This document shows, piece by piece, positions 1 through 6,654 of a stretch of 14,652 bases of DNA. Source of the DNA: Verrucomicrobiales bacterium (GTDB lineage: Bacteria > Verrucomicrobiota > Verrucomicrobiia > Verrucomicrobiales > V1-33); assembly GCA_031411295.1 (NCBI GenBank), contig JANOAV010000152.1, positions 1 through 14,652 on the forward strand, in the 5' to 3' direction. The position numbers and the translations under genes are program-made. The notes under the pieces were generated by a model. The model had not been told where the DNA came from and did no database searches. It saw nothing but the letters and a program-made list of their open reading frames with translations. Within the stretch, counting starts at the first letter, position 1, and each line of letters opens with the position of its first letter.

Positions 1-125
1 GCGCGATCGAATTGCTGGTGCAGGTAGTCCTCCAGCACGTTGCCTTGCTTGAACTCTCCGCCCGTCACCTTGAAAACGTGAATCCCCCAGCCGATCCAAA
101 TGTCCGCCTCGGATTCCGGCACGTT
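1..125 (-). pseudogene. Partial reading frame running off the left edge (NVPESEADIWIGWGIHVFKVTGGEFKQGNVLEDYLHQQFDR...), probably the 3' part of a gene cut by the IS91-like element; product unknown
   Basis: Manual translation of the reverse complement of 1-125 is open and mostly uses GC-ending codons. It abuts the oriIS-like end at 127. It could alternatively start at GTG 122. Confidence 0.45.
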
Positions 126-126
126 T

Positions 127-141
127 CTGATAGGAATTTGC
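127..141 (-). other. oriIS-like end of the IS91-family element
   Basis: Minus strand reads GCAAATTCCTATCAG. The AAATTCCTAT core resembles the conserved oriIS of IS91/IS1294/ISCR, and it sits in the expected position ~270 bp downstream of the transposase stop. Confidence 0.75.
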
Positions 142-148
142 TTTTTCA

Positions 149-215
149 GGGGGGCGTTGGATCGGGGATCGGGGATCGGGGAGAGAGGGGGTCTGGGGGG
201 AGAGAGGGGCGTGGG
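149..215 (+). repeat. G-run-rich low-complexity tract: (GATCGGG)x3 at 160-180 and GGGGAGAGAGGGG x2 at 178-190 and 197-209
   Basis: Read directly: eight runs of 3 or more G at 149-154, 164-167, 171-174, 178-181, 187-191, 195-200, 206-209 and 213-215. Confidence 0.85.
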
Positions 216-410
216 AAGGATGATTTATGAAGGAAAAAGGATGAGTCGGAGGTGTGCCCGGCCTTGGTGGAGTAAATTTTGGTGTTGTGCATGGGGCGGC
301 GGGGCGGTTCATGGTGGATTTCTTATTCTCGCGAGCATAGCTCTCCTGCTCCGCGTTGCCAAGGTTTTTCTTGGCGGCGGATTTTTACGGATTTGTCCGA
401 TGAACCCTTC

Positions 411-1904
411 CTACTCGTTGTATTCCAAGACGAGAGTGCGGCCGTCTCCGAGGTCAATTACTGGGGCCTTCCAAGCTCGGGCGATGCTTACGTCGGTGCG
501 TTGGTCCCAGAGTTCTGGGGTGTCGGAGGCGGGGGCTTCGTCTTCGTCGGCGGGGATCCAGCCTCGGATGGCTTGCCAGGGCGGATGGATGGGTTCGAAG
601 GTCTCTACATCAAATGGTGGTTCTGGTGGTGGGGGCAGGCTGATGAGGGCCTCCCAGAGGCCGTGGAGGCGGAGGTAAAATTCTATTTCCTCTGGGCGGA
701 CGATGGTTTCGACTCGGCGCATGGTGCCTTGGCAGCAGGGGCATTTCAGGGGATCCTTGCCCCAGACGCGTAGGATGAGGTCGCGCCAGAGTGGGCGCAT
801 GGCGCGGGCGGTGGCTTTGGGTGGGGCGGGGAGGATTTCCGGTGCAGCTTTCGCTGGTTCGAGATTTTCTGGCGGTGGGGGGATGACCTCGGCAGCGGGC
901 CTGGTGAGGCCGCGGGTTTTGTTGGAGTAGAGGCCGTAATAGCGGATGGTTTGCTGGCCTTTGGGTGGGATGTGTTCGATGGCGGCGGCGAGGAAGTCGG
1001 TGGCTTTGAAGACTTCGAAATTGCGCTTGGTGTGCCAACTGCGGCGGGAGCGGTAGATGACGGTTTTGGTGTCGGGGTTCCAGGTCATTTTCTGGAGGGA
1101 GAAGGGGGCGCGGAGGAGGTATTCGGCCAGGCGGCGGCGGCCATCGGTGTCTTGGGGGGCGACGGGGGATTCTCCGCCGGAGTCGATGTGGAAGCCGCTG
1201 TGTTTCCAGGAAAGGAGTTCGGTGGCTTTGCGTTGGCTGATGAGTTTGGCGGCTAGGAGGGCTTGGAGGAAGCGGTGTCGGAAGTGTTCGGTCATGGGGC
1301 CGAGGGAGTCGGCAGGCATGGTGTGGAATTTGCCTTCGGCATCGAAGAGTCCATCGGCTGCGAGGATGTGGATGTGGGGATGGAAGAGGAGGTAGTCGCC
1401 AAAGGTGTGGACAGCGGCGGCGGCTGCAATGCGTCCGTGGGGAAGGTGGAGCTGGGTGCGGAAGGTGTCGCGCAGGGTGTCGATGGTGGTCTGGAAGAGA
1501 TGGCGGAGGAGGTGGCGGCGTTTGCGGAAGATGCTGCGGAGGATTTTGGGGATGGTGAAGACGTATTGGCGGTGGGGGACGGGTTGGCAGACGGTGGTGG
1601 CGATCCAGGTTCCGGTTTGGAGGGTGCGGCGTTGGTGGCAGGCGGGGCAGAAGTGGCGGGATTTGCAGGTGAAGGGGAGGAGCTTTTCATGGTTGCAGTC
1701 GGGGCAGTGGTAGCGGGTGTAGCCTGCGGCTAGGTCGCCACAACGGAGGTAGTCTTGGACGTGGGTGATGGTCTCCGGGCGCAGGGGGCCCATGGCGGGG
1801 CGGTAGTCTTTTTCGTAGGAGGAAAGGAACTGGTCCCAGGTGTGGTGGATGAGTTGCCAAAAGGGGGAGGCTCGGGGGCGGCGGGATTGGTGGGTGGAGG
1901 GCAT
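411..1904 (-). CDS. IS91-family (Y2_Tnp-like/ISCR-like) rolling-circle transposase, 497 aa
   Basis: N-terminal Zn-binding Cys cluster (CGD...CPDC...CKSRHFCPAC), HRQYVFTIP, HTFG...HPHIH HUH motif, HSGFHID, catalytic-Tyr helix LAEYLLRAP, IRYYGLYSN, and C-terminal DPLKCPCC. Confidence 0.93.
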   Translation of the reverse strand: MPSTHQSRRPRASPFWQLIHHTWDQFLSSYEKDYRPAMGPLRPETITHVQDYLRCGDLAAGYTRYHCPDCNHEKLLPFTCKSRHFCPACHQRRTLQTGTWIATTVCQPVPHRQYVFTIPKILRSIFRKRRHLLRHLFQTTIDTLRDTFRTQLHLPHGRIAAAAAVHTFGDYLLFHPHIHILAADGLFDAEGKFHTMPADSLGPMTEHFRHRFLQALLAAKLISQRKATELLSWKHSGFHIDSGGESPVAPQDTDGRRRLAEYLLRAPFSLQKMTWNPDTKTVIYRSRRSWHTKRNFEVFKATDFLAAAIEHIPPKGQQTIRYYGLYSNKTRGLTRPAAEVIPPPPENLEPAKAAPEILPAPPKATARAMRPLWRDLILRVWGKDPLKCPCCQGTMRRVETIVRPEEIEFYLRLHGLWEALISLPPPPEPPFDVETFEPIHPPWQAIRGWIPADEDEAPASDTPELWDQRTDVSIARAWKAPVIDLGDGRTLVLEYNE

Positions 1905-1906
1905 GA

Positions 1907-1928
1907 AAACTGTTCATAAGAACAGTTT
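1907..1928. promoter_or_regulatory. Palindrome AAACTGTTC-ATAA-GAACAGTTT containing a LexA (SOS) box TGTTC-N4-GAACA (1911-1924)
   Basis: Perfect 9-bp inverted arms. The core matches the Verrucomicrobia-type LexA motif, with only 6 nt between it and the transposase ATG (1904). It overlaps a possible weak promoter TTGCTA(1941-1936)-N17-TATGAA(1918-1913). Confidence 0.75.
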
Positions 1929-2167
1929 GCTATGTTAGCAACTGCATAACACTGGCCTCTGGCCGGAGGGATTCTATCTCCGAGGGCTGCAAGGTCTGAC
2001 CACAAAGAACGCACAAAGCAGACTTGGTAGAAGGCATCCGACGAATTTATATTTTTGTGAGCCTGCCAGGAGTATCGCTCGTGCCTCGCTCAACCTCGCG
2101 CTAATCTCTGTAAAAGTTGCGGCTGATCGAATTGGTTCGTCTCTGGCACCCCATCAAACGCGCCAGC

Positions 2168-3337
2168 TTATTGCCCCATGGAGAAGAATGCTGCCATGCC
2201 GCCGGAGTAGCCGGTCATTTCCAGGTAACCTTTGCCTTGCACGGCTTTGCTGCCGAGCGTTCCCGTTGCTTCCACGGCTCCTTCCCAGTAGCTGGGGCCG
2301 GCTTGGGCTCCGTGCATTTCTTGCGCGTTGAGCTTGGTAGTCACTTGGAGTTTTCCCTGTTGTTGTGGTAGTCGAATTTCCCACTGGAGCGGATACTGGC
2401 CGCCGGTGGCGGGAGATTTCCAGGGTTGGGATGACGTGAGTTTGATGTCGCTGGCGGACAATTTCGTGATGGTTCCGTTCGGGGAAACTAACGTCCCGGA
2501 CAGGTTAGGTTGACCCAGCGGGAGGACGTTGCGAATCTGAAACACCATCAAGTCCGAACCATCATCCAACTGCAAGGCAAACCAATCCCAGCCGACCTGA
2601 CCCGCCTCCAGAAAGCTGGTGCCGAATTCGTGATCCATCCAACTGGAGCCGGTCACGGGAAATTTCTGCGCGCCAATTTCAAACGTCCCCTGCGTGGGCA
2701 TCCGGGTGAACGAATAGTAGATGGAAGCGTTCCCCGGCTGCTGCCCTTTGCGACTGTAGCCATTCTCACCGTGTTTCACCAAGGGCCCGCTGGTGCTCAG
2801 TTGCAATGCGAGCTTGAAATTTTGCCCAGCATCCTGCCCGGATGAACTCAGCGCAATGGTGCCTTCCTTGAACTCCGCGCACCACGGCCCATTCCAAATT
2901 CGCCAAAGGAGTGGGGGCGGCTCGCCCCCATTTCCGGAATTCGGAGTGACGGGGCGAGCCGCCCCGTCTCCTTTTTCCACCCCCGCCAGCCCTGGCCCAG
3001 AGCGGGCTAGCCGTTGGGAGCAATAATATTTCCCCGTCGTCAAATCCGACACGGCAAAGTGCGCCATGTGCAAATCCCGCACGGCCCAGACCGACGGATT
3101 GACCGGCTGCAGTTCCGTGCCGATGCGGAAGAACGTCAGTTGATAACCAAACGCTTGACCGTCTGCGGCGGCCATATTTCCGGTGAAATACCACCATTCA
3201 ATCCGCTGGTTAGGATGGCTCCCATGGTCGGCAGGAAATTTGAGTTCGTAGTTGGTCGGAGCCTGCTGCCACTCCTCCGTTCGACCGAGAGGAATTAGCA
3301 GCAGGATCAGCAGCAGAGAGGCGAGGGGGCGTTTCAT
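2168..3337 (-). CDS. Secreted AttH/CrtC (carotenoid 1,2-hydratase)-like lipocalin-fold protein
   Basis: Signal peptide MKRPLASLLLILLLIPLG; motifs FPADHGSHP..IEWWYFTGN, YYSFTR, WMDHEFG, GWDWFALQL, YWEG and GYLEMTGY. Start overlaps the permease stop (ATGA). Confidence 0.85.
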   Translation of the reverse strand: MKRPLASLLLILLLIPLGRTEEWQQAPTNYELKFPADHGSHPNQRIEWWYFTGNMAAADGQAFGYQLTFFRIGTELQPVNPSVWAVRDLHMAHFAVSDLTTGKYYCSQRLARSGPGLAGVEKGDGAARPVTPNSGNGGEPPPLLWRIWNGPWCAEFKEGTIALSSSGQDAGQNFKLALQLSTSGPLVKHGENGYSRKGQQPGNASIYYSFTRMPTQGTFEIGAQKFPVTGSSWMDHEFGTSFLEAGQVGWDWFALQLDDGSDLMVFQIRNVLPLGQPNLSGTLVSPNGTITKLSASDIKLTSSQPWKSPATGGQYPLQWEIRLPQQQGKLQVTTKLNAQEMHGAQAGPSYWEGAVEATGTLGSKAVQGKGYLEMTGYSGGMAAFFSMGQ

Positions 3338-5907
3338 TCAGATAAATCTACGGGAAGGGCGCTGCGTTGCGAGCGTTGTAAGATCCACTTGGCAAACAAC
3401 CATCCGGCTGCCGCCGTTGCCAAGGGTAACGCCAGACTGAATTGACCCAGCAACAGAGCCGGGAAATGAAATTGGATGGTCCAGCCGAAACTTTGCACGT
3501 TGATGACATAGATCAGCACGAGACTCAGTAGCAGCCCGAGGCCTACGCCAATGATCTGACTCATGAGACCAATCACCCCCGCTTCAATGGCCATGGTCTT
3601 GCGTAGTTGGGCCTGCGTGGTGCCGAGTTGGCGCAGCAAATTCATTTCCTCCCGCCGCTCCAGCACGAGCGTCAGCACGGTGGTCGCCACTCCCGCCATG
3701 GCCACGAGGATGGCCACGATCTCGAGCGCCCAAGTGATGGAGAAGGAGCGATCGAAGATCCGCATCACTTCCACACGCAGACTGGCATTGGTGAAAATTT
3801 GCACGTTTTTAGTGGCGCCCAATTTCTCTAACAAGGCCTCGCGAACCCCATCTGCGTTGGCCCCTGGTTTTAAGAAAATGGCCATGTTCGTGGGCACGAG
3901 GGGTCCAAAATATTTCTCATACGTGGTGTGATCCATGGTCACAGAACCACGGTCGTTGCTGTAATCAAAATACACCGCCTTGATGGGAAACGCGTGTTCA
4001 CCTGACAAGGTGGGCAGCGAAACGGTATCGCCCACCCCCAGCTTGTAACGCAGCGCCATGGGCTCGGAGATAACCACGCCGTGCGTTTGCTGACATTCCG
4101 CCAACACGCTGCGCCAATCCCAGATCCCTTTGAACAACAAGCGACCATGCCTGGCTGCGACCGTGAAATTGGCCGCATTCAAAACGATCCGTGAGTTCTG
4201 ATAGGGAATGTCGAAATTCCTCAAGGCGTCCGCTGCCAGAATATCCGGATGTTGGGTCAGCAATGCTGCCGTCTCAGGGGAGAAACCAATACTCCCACCC
4301 GCGCCACGCTTGGTCGCAGGCCGAATGTAGAGATCCGCCGCCAGCGAGTTATCCACCCAGTAGGTCAACGTTTCCCGGAAACTCCCCACCATGATCGCAA
4401 TAGCAGTCGTCAGTGCGAGCGTGCCGCCTAACGCACTCACCGGAATCGCCAACCGACGTTGCCCTGCTTGTAAATTCCCCCACGCCAGTTGCCCCGTCAC
4501 TCCCGCGCGACGCACGATGACGCCCCGCAATCCGCCCAGAAACCAGCGCAGCAACGACGGTGTTAGGACGATCACGGCAGCCACTGCCAGCAAGCAGGCG
4601 ACAGCGCCAAAGACCGGCACTCCCTGCACCATGGGAAAATAACAGGTGGCCCAGCCGAGCAGCAGCAAGCCGAAGCACCATGCCAGCGCGCGCCAATTTC
4701 CTCGACTGGAAATGGCCACCTCGGGAATGTTGCGCACAGCCGTGATGGGTGCGAGTCGCGATGCTTCGCGAGCTGGCTGCCACGCGGCAATCAACGCCAG
4801 CACGACGCCTAAGATTACGACCGGCACCGCCAATTCCAAGCTCAGCGGAGCCAGCAGCACGTTGGATTGCGTGTAAAGTGTGGCGGCGGTGAGTTGGGTT
4901 AATTTCAACGTGCCATGGCCCAACCACTGCCCAAACAGCAACCCCAACAAACAACCAGGAATCGCCAGCAGAGCCGCTTCCGCCAGGAAGAGTCGCGTCA
5001 CTTGGCCGCGCGTGACGCCCAACGTGCGCAGCATTCCGATCTCCACCCGACGTCCAATCACCGAGAGCGACACCGAATTATAAATCACATACAATCCCGC
5101 TAACAACGCGATCCCAGACAGCAACGTGAGGTTGAAATGATACGCCGTGAGCATCTTCTCGACTTCACTGCCCCGACGCTCAGGACGTGAGAGTGTTAGG
5201 CCGGGTTTGAGTTGGCTGGCAATCTCGCGCTCTGCCTCCTCCACGTCCAAGCCCTCCCGCAGCTTGATTTCCAGGCGATCCAGTTTCCCCAACTTGCCGA
5301 GTCGCCACTGCGCCGCGGCAATATCCATGAGGGCAAAATTTCCGCCCATGGCGCGCGCGGCACCTTTGTCCAACAGCAGCGCGGAGATTTGCATGGGGAT
5401 AAATTCATCGCCACTGGCCATCTGCACGGTGCTGCCGACCTGCCATCCGTGTCGCTTGGCCAGCTTCTGGGTAAGGATGATGGAGTTGGGATTCTTCAGC
5501 AGATTAAGAAATTCGGTGGGAGTCGGTTGGCCCCGCCCGTTGCCGAAGTCCACGAGATCATAGTCGCGCACGGCTTGATCCAGCAGGATGTCCACGCCCA
5601 GCACGTGCACCGTTTCCTCTGCAATCGTCACCTCACCTTCCACCACCGGGCAGAGCAGACCGTAGGTTTCCAGTGGGATCAGTTCCCGCAGCCGGTCTTC
5701 GGGCAATCCCCCGGAAGCGGAAATTTCCAGGGCCGCCTTGCCGGACATTTGCTCGATGGCCTCACGGAATCCCGCCACGGAACTGGTCTTGGCGAGCTGA
5801 ATCGCGATGATGACCGCAATGCCGGCCGCAATCCCCAACAACGTGGACAAGGCCCGGAACGGAGCTTGGCGCAGATGCCTGAAGATGAAGCTCTGGGTCA
5901 GATGCAT
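3334..5907 (-). CDS. ABC transporter permease, double FtsX/MacB-type (AttF/G-like)
   Basis: Two repeats of TM, large periplasmic domain and FtsX TM bundle; signatures RRVEIGMLRTLG and ERREEMNLLRQLG. Start moved to ATG 5907, 1 nt after the ATPase stop, instead of 5940. Confidence 0.9.
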   Translation of the reverse strand: MHLTQSFIFRHLRQAPFRALSTLLGIAAGIAVIIAIQLAKTSSVAGFREAIEQMSGKAALEISASGGLPEDRLRELIPLETYGLLCPVVEGEVTIAEETVHVLGVDILLDQAVRDYDLVDFGNGRGQPTPTEFLNLLKNPNSIILTQKLAKRHGWQVGSTVQMASGDEFIPMQISALLLDKGAARAMGGNFALMDIAAAQWRLGKLGKLDRLEIKLREGLDVEEAEREIASQLKPGLTLSRPERRGSEVEKMLTAYHFNLTLLSGIALLAGLYVIYNSVSLSVIGRRVEIGMLRTLGVTRGQVTRLFLAEAALLAIPGCLLGLLFGQWLGHGTLKLTQLTAATLYTQSNVLLAPLSLELAVPVVILGVVLALIAAWQPAREASRLAPITAVRNIPEVAISSRGNWRALAWCFGLLLLGWATCYFPMVQGVPVFGAVACLLAVAAVIVLTPSLLRWFLGGLRGVIVRRAGVTGQLAWGNLQAGQRRLAIPVSALGGTLALTTAIAIMVGSFRETLTYWVDNSLAADLYIRPATKRGAGGSIGFSPETAALLTQHPDILAADALRNFDIPYQNSRIVLNAANFTVAARHGRLLFKGIWDWRSVLAECQQTHGVVISEPMALRYKLGVGDTVSLPTLSGEHAFPIKAVYFDYSNDRGSVTMDHTTYEKYFGPLVPTNMAIFLKPGANADGVREALLEKLGATKNVQIFTNASLRVEVMRIFDRSFSITWALEIVAILVAMAGVATTVLTLVLERREEMNLLRQLGTTQAQLRKTMAIEAGVIGLMSQIIGVGLGLLLSLVLIYVINVQSFGWTIQFHFPALLLGQFSLALPLATAAAGWLFAKWILQRSQRSALPVDLSE

Positions 5908-5908
5908 G

Positions 5909-6589
5909 TTAGGCGACTGGTTGCCCTTCGACTTGACCATCCTTCAAACGCAGTAATTTCCCGGCCGCGGCCGCTACAGAGGGATCGTGGGTCGCCATGA
6001 GAATGGTAACGCCTAAGGTGCGGTTAATTTCCTGCAGCAATTCCACGACGCGCTGCCCGTTCGCGGAATCCAAGCTCCCGGTGGGTTCATCCGCAATCAC
6101 CAACAGCGGCTCATGCACCAACGCCCGGGCGATGGCCACGCGCTGCCGCTCGCCCCCGGAAAGTTGGGCCGGGAAATGTTGGCCGCGGGTTGGCAATCCC
6201 ACGCGCTCCAGATACGCTTCCGCCCGTTTGGTGGCGGCGGCATACGAATGGCCGGCCAACCGCAGGGGCAACGCCACATTTTCCACCACCGTCAGGGTCG
6301 GCAGCAAATTGAACGCTTGGAAAATGAAGCCGATTTTTTCCCGCCGCAGTTTGGTTAACACCTCATCGGATGCGGAATGCAGCGGCACGTCCGCCAGCGT
6401 CAGCGTGCCGCTGGCAGGTGGTTCCATGGCGCCGCAGAGATGCAGCAAGGTGGATTTCCCGCAACCGCTGGGGCCCATCAGCGCCCAGAATTCCCCCTGC
6501 GCCACTTCCCAATCGATCCCCCTCAGGGCATGCACCGGGGTTTCGGATTTCTGATAGTGGTGGTGAAGATGGTGGGCGCAGAGGAGCAT
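5909..6589 (-). CDS. ABC transporter ATP-binding protein, LolD/MacB-type (AttE-like)
   Basis: Walker A GPSGCGKST, Q-loop IFQAFNLL, signature [15 protein letters not shown], Walker B IADEPTG, H-loop ATHD. Start set at ATG 6589 (MLLCAHHL) to avoid overlap with the upstream gene. Confidence 0.92.
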   Translation of the reverse strand: MLLCAHHLHHHYQKSETPVHALRGIDWEVAQGEFWALMGPSGCGKSTLLHLCGAMEPPASGTLTLADVPLHSASDEVLTKLRREKIGFIFQAFNLLPTLTVVENVALPLRLAGHSYAAATKRAEAYLERVGLPTRGQHFPAQLSGGERQRVAIARALVHEPLLVIADEPTGSLDSANGQRVVELLQEINRTLGVTILMATHDPSVAAAAGKLLRLKDGQVEGQPVA

Positions 6590-6654
6590 GGAATCAGGGT
6601 TGGAGAAACGAATCCCAAAGCCATCCAGACGCAAGGAGGAACTCGGTCCCCAAG

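Larger units (their letters stand above)
127..1928 (-). mobile_element. IS91/ISCR-like rolling-circle insertion sequence (~1.8 kb)
   Basis: HUH transposase at 411-1904. oriIS-like AAATTCCTATC lies downstream of it (minus strand, 129-139). GTTT occurs immediately outside the ori end (123-126) and again at 1925-1928, ending a hairpin just upstream of the transposase. The ter boundary is inferred. Confidence 0.75.

Noticed and set aside
12..1733. Multiple + strand ORFs (12-230, 100-678, 279-773, 703-930, 951-1256, 1057-1395, 1263-1733) and alternative minus frames inside the IS
   Set aside because: Shadow frames of the G/C-skewed transposase region, low complexity and without motifs.
1934..1950. 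GTTAGCA and GCATAAC resembling integron attC/attI core sites
   Set aside because: No paired R''/R' boxes enclosing an attC-type hairpin, and no integrase or cassette array in the window.
1930..2037. 35-aa minus ORF MPSTKSALCVLCGQTLQPSEIESLRPEASVMQLLT, starting MPST like the transposase and containing CxxC
   Set aside because: Too short, no RBS, and the similarity ends after 4 residues; cannot be distinguished from chance.
5..2134. 10-bp direct repeat GATCGAATTG at 5-14 and 2125-2134 bracketing the IS
   Set aside because: Not adjacent to the element ends, and IS91-type elements make no target duplication; likely chance.
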